64,000 nucleotides of DNA from Octopus sinensis (taxonomy: Eukaryota). Where the stretch lies: NCBI RefSeq assembly GCF_006345805.1, contig NC_043005.1:63922001-63986000 (forward strand), in the 5' to 3' direction. The position numbers and the translations under genes are program-made. Shown here piece by piece: positions 25,731-41,066 of the stretch; the first letter of the stretch is position 1; each line of letters opens with the position of its first letter. Under the pieces are notes generated by a model. The model made no database searches. It was not told where the DNA came from and saw nothing but the letters and a program-made list of their open reading frames with translations.

Positions 25731-26799
25731 ATCTATATATACATAATACATATATGTGTGTGTTTGTGTGTGTGCATATCACCCTATGTATACCATAGTT
25801 TATGGAAGTTGCTCTTGACTTCACGGCTATATATATCGAAGCATAAATTTCTCCAACGCAAGTTACCAATGGATACCCAGCTTTGACAAATACGTGTGAG
25901 GGCGAAACGCGTCTGTCGTTTACGTGGTACTCTACATCGTGACTTTCAAAGGTGCGCATACATTTAGAATGATATAGAGAAAATGAATTTTAATTAAATG
26001 AATGCCATTCAATGGTTGTCAATGTAACTGTGTGCATGTGTATGTGTGTGCATGTATGTGTGTGGTGTTGTGTGTGTGTGTGTGTGTGTATGTATGTGAG
26101 GATGCGCGTGTATATGTCTGTGCTTGTTTATTCCTTGCTATTGATTGGAGAGTAGCAGTCAACAAACCATGGAACAGTCTGTCGTGGACGCCTCCCCACT
26201 CTTCTTTCCGTACATCTAAAACATAGAAAGAGTGTATTTTACTTTTTGTGGATATATATCAACGTCTATGTTGTCACACAGTTGTAGGAAGGAAACTTGG
26301 AGAGTGCTTGAAGAAATCAATTAAGATTATGAATCACTGATCCAAAAAGGGAAAGCTGCCTGTGGAGAGCAGGAAATGGAAACCTGCAGGAGGCAAGCGG
26401 AAGGATCCCGGAGGAAACATGGAAAATGCTAGAGAAATGGGTGTCTATCTACAGAAACATTCCGATATAATGTATTTAGGATCAGATTAGTCAATTTTTT
26501 GTTTGTTTTTGTTAAATCAGTAATATGTAAAATGAGCGAGGTTTAGCTACTTTTCTAACAGTTCGATCAACCGTGCAGTGTTCTTATTTGAATCAGCTTT
26601 AACTAGATGGATTTAAAACTGCAGATAGTTGTGTTGCTAATGTCAGCAAGTGATTGTTCTCACTATCTGTCACCTGAAATCTTCTCAAATCTGCCCTATT
26701 CAACTCTACATTCTGACGGACATATTTTTTATCTGTTTATAATATTTATGAGACATTCGTGGCAGGCATCATCGTGCAAGCAATAAGATCTAAATAAAA

Positions 26800-27700
26800 T
26801 GAGATCTTAACCTTTGGTTGAAGCCGTGTACTAACAAACATGAATAAAGTAACAGAGTATCATTTGTTGTGTGTTTGAAACTGTCCAGACGCTATATTGT
26901 GTTTCTGAACAAAATATCTAACAAATTTTATTACCTGATCTTCTTCCACTATTATACATTCTAGAGCCTACAGTCTCTGCAATTCATTGCATATAGACCA
27001 AACTGGTCATCGTTTGGGTTAACGTTTCCAGGAACATCAATAACCTTACATTTGCAGAAGGTACGTTGTTATTAACTTTTAGCAGAAATGACCCGCAAAC
27101 CTTGTAACTCCGGTAAATTGCAAGGTAATGTCCTTTAGAATGGGAATAAATGTAGAGAGAAAAAAATCAATGTGCTTCAACGAACAACGGTCACCAATCT
27201 TCAAATTATTATTGAGAGGAAACCAACTGAACAGATATCGAGAATAAAGTCCCTGGGAAATATACGGTGGAAATCAAGAGGATTCAAACCAGAAAAATAG
27301 GTTAATAAAAAGTTAATTTGGTTCTATTTTAATATATGGAGCTGAAATATAGCCATTAACAAAAATACTATCACAGAGATTACAAGTCTTCGAGGTGTAG
27401 CTATATGGAAGACGTTTGATAATATCCTGGATAAGGTATGACTAATGATGAAGTGCTGAAATATAGCAAAATCTAATAAGGTTTGCGTGGAAGAAAACAG
27501 ATTAAACAGGTTGTGCAGTTTATTGGGAAAAATAATTTACAGAAAGTCTATAAATTACAAGGCAAAATGAATGTGGAAACCTGATGGGAAAACCAGAAAA
27601 TACATGGATGGATAATGTCAAGAATAAGACAAAATACTGTGAATAAATAGCCCCGACAGAGATCTGAAAACTACTATATCCGATGAGGAGGAGGAGAAGG
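26800..27700 (+). mobile_element. Degenerate RTE-clade LINE (RT C-terminal half)
   Basis: NINNLTFAEGTLLL (NLRYADDT-like), YGAEI*PLTKILSQRLQVFEV*LYGRRLIISW, TWMDNVK. A further RTE 3' piece (WKPAGGKRK) lies at about 26350-26440. Confidence 0.75.
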
Positions 27701-27944
27701 AGAAGGAGATGAAGTAGTAGGAGGAAGTTAGTACCGTATTTCTCTTCATTTATGCGACTAAAGCATAAAAAATATATTTCGTGACCATGTTCTTCGTTAA
27801 GACAATCGTACAAAGTGTAGAAAGTTAAACAGAAAATATAATTAAGCACAATCATCATATTCTAGGATAAGCTAAATTACCGTGTAGCTATTTTTTTTAA
27901 ACCATACAAACACTCAAAAGACTGAAATACTTTTCTGTGCACCT

Positions 27945-28385
27945 CACTGTTCCAGACGGCGAATAAGCAGAGTCATTAGAGCATACGTCAAAATACTTTT
28001 CCGACGTTTTCCGACTCCCTGCGATCTGAATTCGAATCCTATTGAACTCAAATTTGCCTTCATCTTTCTGAGATCGACAAAATAAAGTACCAGTCCATGG
28101 CGAAGGATTTGAGATATTAAGTTCCGAAAGAGGTTCCTTTCGTTATTTGTTCCGCTGCTTTGCATTTTGATATTTTGGATGGTAACCTTATGCAGTAGAT
28201 ATAAGGTGGCGAGCTGGCAGAATCGGTAGCAGCACCTCCTCCGTCTTTATACACTGAGTTCAATTTCTGTCGAGGTCGACTTTGCTTTTCATCCTTTCGG
28301 AGTCGATAAATTAAGCACTGGGGTCGACCTAATCAACTGGCTCCCTCTCCAAAAATTTCGGGCCTTGTGCCTAGAGTAGAAAAGG
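27945..28385. mobile_element. Two SINEs in opposite orientation (27945-28125 minus, 28203-28385 plus)
   Basis: Both match the ggcgagctggcagaatc...gtcgactttg...catcctttcgg...gataaa family. Confidence 0.75.
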
Positions 28386-29194
28386 CTATAATAATTACCA
28401 GTTGATCACTGGGAAGTAAAAATGACTGACCCCTTCCACGAATTTGCTGACCTTCTGCCAAAATTTGAAACCAATCTTATTCAGTTACCTGGTATAAATC
28501 ACAGGTTCGTCTTCAGATACTTTGACGAAATTCATTTTCTTCTAAGCACCAAGGCTAGGTTTGAGAATAACTTCTGCCATTCCATCAACTAGTCTCATGA
28601 CACTGAAACCATTGAAGAGTGCTAAATGGTAAAATAAAGCCTTCTTTCACTTTTATGCAGGGCAGGAATAGTTGCTAAACACACATACATGAACACACAT
28701 GCACACAGACACGTACGAAAACGCATACGCACATAGGAATACACATCATAGAAGAGCAGAGTGGAGTAAGTGGAGCAAGAGCAAACACGAAAAATGAAGA
28801 GTGTTGGTGAAGAGGTCACAGATGTGGGACGAAATATTTCCGAATAATGAACATGAGTTAAAATAAGAACAGTAATAAACAAGTGAAGAACAAATATATA
28901 GTGCGTGTGTTTATTTGGCAAAAACAGAAAATGATCGTCCTGCAATACAACAATAAATGTTTCAACACACGATTTCATATCAAGAAACTTGCAACACAAA
29001 TTGATAAATATATATATATATAACTTCTCATATTGAACTCTACTATTTCCCTCTAGCTAACTCTCTAATATCATCTGCTACAAATTCCACACAGCCTAGG
29101 CTTTGTTGTCGCATTTTATTTAACACACACACACACGCACATACACACACCCATACACAGTTATATATACTGTATATATACTGTATATATACTG

Positions 29195-29228
<34 letters not shown>

Positions 29229-32200
29229 ATTCTAAATTTAAATCTCGTTATGGCAGATTTTAAATTACACTTCATGCAAAATCGATGAAATAATCACACG
29301 ATGTCATCGACCTTACACGTCTCATACAAAAATTGGCCTAGTTTCTAATTGAAAAACCAATTTGTCAGAGAAAAGGTTCAATAACACGGCTGGCATGTAA
29401 GACTATTGAATTGCATTTTACAAAGTTTAATTGCTTTGACCTTATAAGTTATTAGTTTAAAATCTCGCTGGAATTGATTACAGAAGCACTAGTAATATAC
29501 TGGAGTTTTGTGGGGGTGCGGTTATCGTTTATATAAATATTATAAGAAATAACTTTTATTTATAAAGATACTATTCGACGTCGATGTTCCTCCATAGTGG
29601 CAGTCAAATGGTTGACACCAGTTAAAAAGTAAACAAGCTTAATTAACTTAGCCACTGCTACGTATTCAAGAAGAATGTGGACTTCTACATAGTCATTTAT
29701 CTGCATGAAATAACAGCCAAATTCTCTTAAAACCATATTCTATCATCTTAACAAAGGAAGGATACATATTTGTTAGTCTTGTGTCTTAGCTCAAACACGA
29801 ACCTACAAGTTCGAGTGATCGAAAGGACAATATCCACTCTATTCAGCAGAAGAACAGTCTGTCGCAAGGTTAACTCGGCGCTCACTATTTGCAGCTGTAA
29901 CCGTTACCCATTTTCAGACGAATGAGCCTCAGCAACGTTAAACGAAGTGTTTTGTTTAAGATTTAGCGAACCGCCTACTCTGGAAACCGAAACAACGACC
30001 TTCCCTTCGTAATATAAAGTCCCAACCGGTAGGCTACGCAGTTAATGACTAGGATGTTCTAATTACTTTGAAAAGATGGGGTGGTACGCTTGTAGGGTTT
30101 ACTGGATCCTATCACTACATGATTAGAGCTGACAGGGTCTATACAACATTAACAACAGCAAAATATGATACTTGCAAATGAACTGAAACAGGGCAGGTTC
30201 TGTATATTATTTAATTATTGACCTAGTGGCTAGATTTTAGGGCTCAGGTCGTGGGTTCGATTCCTGTACTGGGACGTGTGTTGTCTCCTTGAGCAAGACA
30301 ATTAATTTCATGCTGAGTGTCCTATCCAACTCAGAAAAAAATGACTGTTGTACCAGTTCTGGAGCTCTTTTCTCTCATTTATGCAACATCATCCTGACAC
30401 TTTCATTAGGCCCAGGTTGGGAGGGCAAAGAGAATATCTATATGCCTTACTCGCAGCTGTACAGGCATTTAAAGCAATTAACAAAAACATGTGATTCATG
30501 TTACTGAGTCATACACACCATTAACAACTATGCTAAGTCTCTTTCATATTCCAAACACTTTTATGTTGGTGTTACATTGTCTTATACGTTACTGCTTTTG
30601 TATTGTATGTTGTAAAGTTATGAGAGACAACTAATATCAAGTTGAGTGAGCTTATTTTTTGTTTAGTCAGAGATAGGAGATGAAACACCTATGACATACC
30701 TTCATGTTTCTTGGACTTGCTGAAGGAAGGTATTCTCAAAGCAATCACTTAACCCGAATGCACCCGAACGCATATAGCAGAATAAAAATCAGTTACGGCA
30801 TTCAATGCTTAGGTGATTTAAAGAAAAAGGTTTCCTCTGTAGAGGTTCCAGACGGTTTCCGTCTAACACATATCACTCACAACGCTTTGGTAGACTTGAG
30901 TCTGTACAGATGACATTTGCTAAGGTTACACTCTGAGAGATTGCACCCAAAACAATGTATTCTCTAGGTGAACTTGTTAACTACTTAGCTATGATTGCCT
31001 CTAGTCGTAAGTGAATATAAAAGAGTAGATGCTGAATTAGTGGGGTTACTGACCATTTTCTGAGGCACTAATGAACCCTATTCTTGGCACTTGAGTTGCG
31101 ATATGTTCATGATATATGTATGTAACTTATAACGGTTGGAATCACCAAGGTTTAGGTCAGTACCTTGTAGTGGAAAACATCTGTGCTGTAACTAATGTCT
31201 TTGTTTTCGCTCTGACGTTTATTAAATTAGCTTGTAATGCCGAGGTTAATATTTCCTAGAAGTTAAGAAAAGGCAATTAAAACCCTTTGCAGTGTACACA
31301 TGTATGGCATTATTACATGAACTAAACTTCATGGCTGTTCATTATCGATATAATTAGAAGATAGATCACTATTATCGGTATGTAAGGAACCACTTCTGTT
31401 TCCCTCTCTATTTTCTGTATTATTTATAGAGAAGAGATAAACGGATCAATGTGTAAAATTGTTTTCTCTACGTACAATATGCTAGGTATGTAATGTACAG
31501 GAACATGAAAGCATTCGTTATTCATGTGTTTTCCATGAATATTAGTAATACATATGAACGAAATCATTGTAAATGAGCTATTAACGGTAAACTCTGCTCA
31601 CAACAACCATATCTGTTATTCTATCACATTAACTACTGTGGATTAATATTAAATGAGATATGAGTTTAGATTATGCCAGGGCTAATTCTGCTTTACATCA
31701 TTTTGGGGTCGATAAAATTAGAATTATACTGGTGTCGCTACCGTCCTCTTTCACTCTCCCTACTTTAATTGGCCTTTTGCCCAAATAAAAAAAACTCAAT
31801 ATTAATCGATTTAATCGCAAATTATTAAATTACTGTAAATATTATTATTCACGGGAGGAAAATGCATTAGCTACAAAGAACGATACTAGACATCTGCAGC
31901 TGAAAAAAATATACACCCTTGCAGTTATACAATAAATAAACTGCCCTTTTTTTATCTTGTAATTAAATCGATATATGTCATCTTGATATAAATTGAACTT
32001 GCAGTTGTTAAGTGCCCAATGCACTATTGATTATCTTCAAAGATTTAAATCTCTTTTTAGTTTAAATTTTTTTAATATTAGGATAAGTAGGATAGGTTTT
32101 GTATGATTTCATATTTACATACAGCTAGTGGAATTTGTGCTATGCCTAGATTTATTCATTCTGTAAGCTACTTAAATCCGAGCAACACTTAGGGTGCCAG

Positions 32201-32514
32201 ATTTAATCTGCCACCTAGTTTTACATCACTATTTGGCTTTTCACTCCTTAGATGTCTTTCGCGGAGTCTTTTCTGTCGCAAACACGCAAACGAGGTAAAT
32301 GGTGTGCAGTTATCTCATCAGTTGCGGCTGGTTTTTCGTCCGCTGTGCTCCGCAATTGTCGAAGTTCTCACAAAAAGATTATGGAAACAGTCTTCTTGAT
32401 TTAATCGTTAAAAATATAAGTTCGAAGAAAAACTGAGATGTAGACAGAAGGAGATGTATAAAGATATGCACCCTACGTTGAGGTATAAAATGAAATAAGA
32501 TATTGGTGTCAAAT

Positions 32515-32730
32515 TGTGGCACAAGGACAGCAGGTTTTGGGGAGAGATGGTAAGGAGTAAGCCGATTACGTCGACCTCAGTGTTCAGCTGGTATTTATTT
32601 TGTCGATCTCGAAAAGTGGGGAGGCAAAGTCGACCTCCCTGAAATCTGAATTCAGAACATAAAGACAGATGAATGGCTGCTAAGTATTTTGGCCGTCGTG
32701 TTAACGAATCTTCTAGCTTGCTACCTTCAA
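32515..32730 (-). mobile_element. tRNA-derived SINE
   Basis: ggcacaaggacagcagg...gtcgacct...ggcaaagtcgacctc...aattcagaac. Same family as 63566. Confidence 0.75.
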
Positions 32731-33829
32731 AGTGAAATTTTTGAAAAACCTAGCCGTGACATTGTGCAAAAAGTTACGTGAATTCTTATATAAACATATA
32801 CGTCAGATAATGCAAGAAAAAAAATATTATTATTTTAGCATAAATATAAATGCCAATAGTAAAATTAGAGGCGATACAGCATGGACTAAATTCATGTTAT
32901 TGGCCCGTCTCTTTTTATACCAACATACCTTTGAAGACAAAATTTCTTTGTATTATTTCCCACTATATAATTGCATAGGAACATTAGTAATCTTTCTATT
33001 TCTGATATTTCACACATACAATTATTTCCACCTAAGATATTTTTCTCCAGCAAATCATGACCCCAGTAACGTTTGTGAACCTTCTTTCAATGGCAGGTCA
33101 TTCTGTAAATAAATATTTTCCACCGTCATAACATAAGTAATATGTATAATTTCCCCCACTGACAAAGTTAAACATTCAGAGGCAATATTTGATTAACTTT
33201 GATTTCATTGACTCTAAGGTCAAGCTTCATATTGATAAGGTTATCTTGGAGCAAAATATAGGTTTCGAATTTCATTCACAAGTAGTTCCTAAAGAGATAC
33301 CGTAAGAACTATAGTGTAAGAAAATTATGTGCGCGCGCGTATGTGCGTGCGTATATGTGTATGCATGTGTGTGTGTGTGTGTGCTCCTGCGCGTGTGTAT
33401 ATATATATGCAAGCGCGCGCACACACACACACACACACACAGCCTTCCTATCGATTACTTTAAGTCATTTCTATGTACATTGAGCAATTGCTGTAATATT
33501 TATTGGTGTTTGAACAATCAAATAAGTATATAGAGGTCACTAGACGTAATATATACTATCCTGTCCAAATACAGAACTTATTCAAACATGAAATCAAGAT
33601 AAATTTGCAAATCATGTGAAATTCAAAGAAAATTCATTTTTTAAATATATATGGAATTATACTTTGTGCCTAGCGTTAAGATATCTTAGCTGTGCATTTC
33701 GTGTCCAACTAATTTAAATTCCTTAGCATTGCAAAGCCTACTCTAGGTATATATCCAATATAAAATTTAAACATGGTACTATGTGCTACCGAAATATCCT
33801 TTCTGCGCTTTCACAGAATACAGGAATAC

Positions 33830-34170
33830 ACTTTTACCTTTATATACCTATTTCTTTACTACCCACAAGTAGCTAAACACAGAGAGGACAAACAAGGACA
33901 GACAAACAGATTAAATCGATTATATCGACCCCAGTATGTAACTGGTACTTATTTAATCGATCCCAAAAGGATGAAAGGCAAAGTCGACCTCGGCGGAATT
34001 TGATCTCAGAACGTAACGACAAATAAAATTACCTTTATATACCTATTTCTTTATTACCCACAAGGGGCTAAACATAGAGGGGACAAACAAGGACAGACAT
34101 AGGTATTAAGTCGATTACATCGACCCCAGTGCGTAACTGGTACTTATTTAATCGACACCGAAAGGATGAA
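33830..34170 (-). mobile_element. Tandem pair of SINE 3' halves
   Basis: tacctttatatacctatttcttta...gaaaggatgaaaggc occurs twice head-to-tail, about 200 bp apart. Confidence 0.85.
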
Positions 34171-35929
34171 AGGCGACACACACATCTGCCAGGTTGCTTG
34201 ACCTGTCTCAAGTAGCAGTCAAATCGTCTTCATATGACTTAATGTCTCTTTTATTTTTTAGAGAGTACAGAGTAGTTTCAGAAATATTTGACTGTTATTT
34301 CTACCTCATCAAACTTGCGCTTAGAATTTACTTCAGTGGCTATGGATTGTTCTATGAGGAGTATTCAAGAGATCGGTAAAGTGAACTTTCTTGTTAAATC
34401 AAAGCCTTAGTGGCTGAGTATTCCAGTGACGCATGTATCAACATCCTGAGGCCGAATAGGCATGGCACGATATATATTAACTTTGTACACGGGAATCATT
34501 AACCAATGGATCTGACGGGTTTCTGCGCAGTTTCCTTCAAGTCAATTTTACTCATTAGGATTGGGTCGGCTCGAGACAGTAGTAAAAGATATTTCTCCAA
34601 GATGTCGCGAAAAAGAATCAGACCGGCAAACTCATAGTTGTGGAGTGAACTTCTAAAAGATTAGGAAAAAATCACATTCGATAATGTAGCCTGGAGGAAG
34701 TTGTGTCTGAATATAAATTGGGATGGTCATGGCCAGAGAGCCTTTGGTCATAGACATGTTCGACGAAACCAATTTTAGACTAAACAACATCAACAACGTT
34801 CTCAAGCTTCAGTCATTTCAACGAGAAATATTTTAACCATAGCAAAAATGCGTATCTCAGACATCTTCCACGAAGTTATAATACATCATCGAAGGATTTA
34901 TCATTACATGCAGATTCTGTTTGAGGTTGGATCAATTAAATATCGCTTCAATATATTTGACGGAACATACAATCAATACATTGATATTGATTTTTAACCG
35001 GTTCATTCCTTTTGATCATGAGAGTGTTTCATCTTTGCCGTATATTATATTTTTTACTATTAGAAAGCATGTTTTATTGGGAATCTGGTAATGTTTGATG
35101 TACCTGTAATTTTAGGAGCGATATCTGCCTTGCTATCGAGGAATATGGCTATTATTATGTCGGTCACGGCAGTGGATTGAAATAAGCGGTGAGGTAATAA
35201 CAGCATTTTATGCAACATTTAGTTTCGCCGCCTCGATTCCTGCGTTCAAATCTTGCTAAAGTCGTAAAAATAAGTAAAAACCAGTCAATTTCTACAATCC
35301 GTTTCCTCGACTATTTCCTTCCAGTTTTGTGCAAACGTTTACCAGCCATATAAAACATGTTCTATCACAACACTTTTGACTAATCTGGATATGAAACGAA
35401 GGAATTCCTTACGTTTTCCTTAAGAACTTCTTCACTATTGATGATTTAATATCCTTTATGCATACAGAATCCGAGTTTTCTGATTATTTTGTTTCAGTTT
35501 CATTTTACTTCATGGCGCTGTTATCGTCTTTCTTATCAAATTAGCTACTTTTGCTATAAATTTTCTTCTCTATTCCTTCTATTCCTTTTTTTGAACGTTT
35601 TCTTTTTATTATACTCACGTTATTTTCCTTTCGTTTCATTTGGGATTTTACTTTTCTCCATAAATATCTTTCTTTTAGATCCGCATCCTGAAAAATGATT
35701 ACTGTATATCGCTTATCAGAGATTAGATACCTCTACGACTTTCTATCTGTTGATTTATCTATCCTTTCTTCAATATATGATACCTTAGATGAACTAATGT
35801 GGTGTACTAATTCTGTTTCTTTATTTTCTTATGTGTGAAAATGTAATTCATGTATTAATTAAAATAACAGCTCCAATTAATGATATAACAATAACCGTAA
35901 AGAGTGTTATGTCACAACATATGTATATG

Positions 35930-35968
<39 letters not shown>

Positions 35969-37152
35969 GCGCGCACACACACACATACATACATACTTAT
36001 ATACATACACGTGTTGAATTCATAGCTATTCATTTATATAATACATATCGTGTATACATTTATGTATGTGGTTGAAACTAAAATGAACGAAGGGAAATAA
36101 TTCACGTAAGTCCATGGCATGAATTTAGACACATAAGTTAAGGGTTGACGGACCGACTGACATACGCAGCAAAACGTAATTACTGAAATTTCCACTTTCG
36201 TTGGAGAAAAAATACAAAGTTGGCTGCAATTGTTAGTGACTCTCCTAGAAAGGGGGAGATAAATTCAAACGATGGATGTTTGATCTCGCACAACTAGTTT
36301 ACATTACCTAATTAGAAGAAAATCTAAATCCACATCTTTGCTTGCAGTCAGGTAACTGATACGGATATGTCCTGGCCATATTCAATCTTATCAATATAGC
36401 ATACTCTGCTGAATGTCGCTATGGCCAATTGATAGAGGTTTGTTACTTACAGCAAAGGAGATATGAAGAGATTTGAGCAGCAATAATTTGCATAATTAAA
36501 AAAAATTTTTCAAGGGGAATTACTCAAATAAGCAAATGGCGTGCATAGTCAATTTAGACGGTAATGTATGGTAGGCAAACATTCTTAAATCTAAATTTCC
36601 TTTTTAGATGGAGGAAAACAGTAAAATACTAACAGTAGGTGAAAGACAATAAAGAAAAGGGGAGATGATATCAAAATTATTGTACATACTCGAGTGAAAT
36701 CTGATGCTTGTTTGCAAGCCAGGTGGGGGTAAACTATCGGTATTTTCAGACTTATCTCCTCTCGTAAAGATATTGCAGCTATAAAACTGTAGATGAAACC
36801 AACAAGAGGCACTATAACAAAAATTTGCTGTGAATGTTTGAGATATCATTTAACTTTGTCGATATTGTTGTTATTAATATTGTTGTTGTGATTGTTTTTA
36901 TTGATATTCCTCATGATATTGTGATTGATATTGTTGTTGTTGATTTCTTGTTGTAATGTATAAGATTAGCACTGATTAATGAAACGTATTTGATCAAAAG
37001 TATTTACAAGCTGAGATAATATCGTTTTCCTTTATCCTATTACTTTTTTCTAGCGTTTCATTTAGCGTATATCATAAGCATAACATTTTCTTGAATACAC
37101 AAAACCTGAAATGAGAAAAAAAAAGGATATTTTAATATAGTAAGCTGTGAAA

Positions 37153-37680
37153 AGGCGGCGAGCTGGCAGAATCGTGAGAACGTAGAGTAAAATGCTTAGT
37201 GGCATTTCCTCTGTCATTACGTTCTGAGTTCAAATTCCATCACGCCCGACCGTTGCTTTTCATCCTTTCGCGGTTGATAAAATAAGTAGCAATCGAGCAC
37301 AGAAGGTCGATGTAATGAATTTACGCCCCCCCCCTCCCGCCTCCGAAATTACTGGCCTTGTAGTAAGATGTGTGTTAAGGTGCTGAGGTGGCAGAATCGT
37401 CAGCACGACGAACAAGATATACTACTTTGTGGTATTTCGTCCTTCTTTACATACTGAGTTCAAATTCTACCCAGGTCGACTTTACCGTTCATCCTTTCAC
37501 GGTCGATAAAATAAATACCAGCTAAGAACTGAGGTTGATGTAATCGACTTAAACTCGAAATTTCTTTTATTTATAAAATAGAAACAAACAGATCAATGTC
37601 TAAAATATTTTCTGGGGGTCGATGTAATAGACTTAACCCCTACACCGAAAATGCTTGTCCTGTTCAAAAATTTGAAACTA
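37153..37680 (+). mobile_element. Cluster of 2-3 same-strand SINEs
   Basis: ggcggcgagctggcagaatcg at about 37155, gctgaggtggcagaatcg at about 37382, and ggggtcgatgtaatagactt at about 37615. Confidence 0.8.
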
Positions 37681-38394
37681 ATATGATTGAATAGAGAACT
37701 GACTGTTATTTCTAGCAGACGAGGCCAAAGACAATGGGTAGATATTTCATCTTTGGCCCTACAGCATGTGGTATAATGAATGAACGTGCAGATTTCTGTG
37801 CAACTTAACTACACAGAGAATAGATACGTCTCTGTTCATTACAGGAGGCATAAAATATAAAAATATGCAAACAAACCTTATATCAAGAGACAAACAAAAC
37901 CCATCAAGTTGTGTGAAAAAATATGAAAATAAAACAAATTAGTAAGTCTTCCTGTTAATGAAACCTCCTGCTGTGATAGTATGAAATATCACACTGCCAA
38001 CGGCCATGCCATTAATAAAGAGATGAATCATGCAAAATGATAGAACCTGAAGTTTTAGGAGTGTTTTTCTTTTTTCTTTTTCTTTTTTACTAACGTATCT
38101 GTGAGGTACAATGTAGCTATAGGTGTATGTATCTAACTAGCTACTTATAGGTATCTGCCTATCTGTTCTACCTCTGTCCCACTCAGGCGCTCAATTGCTT
38201 TCTTATCTTTCGTAAATCCCCCAACTCTCTCGCTTTCCCCTTCATTATCTCTCTCTCCTTTCCTCATTCTTTCTCTCTTCTCCTCTCTCGCTATATATAT
38301 ATATATGCAAAATATGCTTCAACACACGAACTCACATAAAGAATCTGGCAAACCAAATCCAAAAACGAAATATATATATGTGTGTGTGTGTGTC

Positions 38395-38453
<59 letters not shown>

Positions 38454-38588
38454 CATATACGTATTTATCTATAAGTGTGTATGGATATAGATAAATAGAC
38501 ACACAAACAAAAGACAGACACCAGACAGGCAGACAGACAGACAGACAAATAGATAGATTGATACGTGTAGGGTGTGTGTGTGTGTGAG

Positions 38589-38611
38589 TTAGGGTAAGGG
38601 TTAGGGTTAGG
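38589..38611 (+). repeat. Short degenerate (TTAGGG)n tract
   Basis: ttagggtaagggttagggttagg, within a TG-rich microsatellite. Confidence 0.5.
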
Positions 38612-39206
38612 TGTATGAGTTCGTGCGTGCGTGTATATCTGCGCGTGAGCGTCTGTGTAAAATAAACTATATAATATTAACAGTAGTGCAATCATGCAAC
38701 CGTAAATTGTTACTTTATTTTTCAAATTAAAATTATTTATTTTATTTTGTTCGCTCCTTTATTTTATTTATTTAGTTTCTTCATCTTCTTCCTTCTTCCT
38801 CTTCTCCTCCTCCTCTCCTCCTCTTCTCCTCTATCCTGACCTTTATTGAATTCATCCCCTTCTATAATTCAGTCCATCACAGATGAAAATGGATCCATCC
38901 GCTATCGAAGAGAAAAAAAGATAACTTCAGAAGAAATATGAAAATTCGTAAAAAATATAAATATATATATTAAAAAATTTTTTAAACCCATAATGTGTGT
39001 ATGTGTGTGTGCGTGTCTGTCTGTGTATATATGTGCGTATATATGTGCATATATATGTATTTGAATATAATATATATAGCACACGTATATGCATGAATGC
39101 ATGTATGCATATAAACATGTTTATATATAGAGTGAGAGATACACATTTAGATAACTGTGAGCCTGTGTGTATGTATGTATGTATGCATGCATGCATGAAT
39201 GAATAC

Positions 39207-39239
<33 letters not shown>

Positions 39240-40002
39240 TGTATGTATGTATGTATGTATGTATGTATGTGCGTTTGTGTGTGATATCCTTTCACGTATC
39301 GGAGTTCATTAAGTAACCACCTTGGTGGTTGGGACTGACACTATTCAATTTCAGATCATTCATTTCTACGAAGCAGTCTGTATGAGGCAACGCACGTAAA
39401 TCCAAATAACATGTACATAAAGGAAATGAGTACAATTGCAAAGCATGTTTGCGATTGATTTGCAATAACGCGTCAGTGTGGCTCAGGATGAGAACGATTA
39501 TTCATTTATTTATTTATTTATTTTTATTTATTTATTTATTTATTCGCTTGTACATTTATTTTAGCAGTTTATTTTATGTTATTCTTTAAAAAAATATTTT
39601 TCGTTGTTGATCTTCCAGAAATGGAATTCGGAGTATAAATCGAGTATGAAATATAGGCATAGACCTTAATGATTATAAGAATTATCGATACGGGTTGAGT
39701 GTATACACACACAAACACATACACATAGATACATATATATATACATTGCAATCATGTACATACATATAACCATACGTATATATGTATGTATGTATGTATA
39801 TATACATATATACCTACACACACATATATAAACATACATTCATACATACATGCATACATACAGATATATATATATACATACAGATATATATATATATATA
39901 ATATATATATATTTATACACATAGATATACATATATATATGTATGTATATATGTGTATATGTATGTATACATATACACATACACACACACACACACACAA
40001 AT

Positions 40003-40043
<41 letters not shown>

Positions 40044-40246
40044 GGGTAAGCGCGTGTAGACATAATGGACGTATTGCACAAGTGTTTTGCTTCTGCTATT
40101 TGTCTGTTGATACCCAGGCAATGCTTTTGTTATTAACGCTGTTGAATCTAGCTGATTGTACGTACTGCCCAGGTGTCGAGACCATTGTAATATCCATTAG
40201 GCATCTGATAAAAAGAATACGTGTTTGATCTGCTTGTTGCCTCTAA

Positions 40247-40296
<50 letters not shown>

Positions 40297-40478
40297 ATGT
40301 GTGTTTACGTATGCGTGTTATAGGTATATCTATCTATTATCTACCTATCTACCTTATCTATTTTTGATTGATTGATTGATTCTAGTTTCAGCTTATGAGC
40401 TGTGGCCATGCTGGGGCACCGCCATTTAAAAAAGCAACGTCGCCGGTAGGATTTATTCATCTATCTATCTATCTATCT

Positions 40479-40517
<39 letters not shown>

Positions 40518-40548
40518 ATATACACATGCATATATCTATATCTCTCTC

Positions 40549-40623
<75 letters not shown>

Positions 40624-40999
40624 TGCGTCGTGTCTTCGTATCTTTCTTTGCAGATATGAAACCGTCCCCTAACAAACTGGCAAGGGTCATTTTTGTAGGT
40701 CAAGAGACCTCTTGCTTACTTGCATTGTAATTGTATAAAGGAATAATGCATTCATTTATGTGTGCATGTCATGTGTGCACGGTATTCGTACCAGTGCGTG
40801 TGCGTATCACGACAGAACATAAATTTATGTTTCATTATTGTTTATGTTTCTTCATATGTATTCCATACGCATATTTAGTTGTAGACATTTATTCAGCAAG
40901 AAACCTCAGCTGTCGGAACTCTGAGCGATTTTATATATTTTTACTGTTCTTCTGATTGAGTATCTCTATGTGTTTATATTTATGTAGATAGATAAAAAA

Positions 41000-41066
<67 letters not shown>

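Noticed and set aside
25884-25918. gggcGAAACgcGTC with a possible tgaca/tgtcg helix I
   Set aside because: The CUGANGA half of the core is missing; at best an unrecognisable relic.
32240-32335. CTGATGA on the minus strand with downstream GAAA words
   Set aside because: No helix II, helix III or NUH site can be built; chance match.
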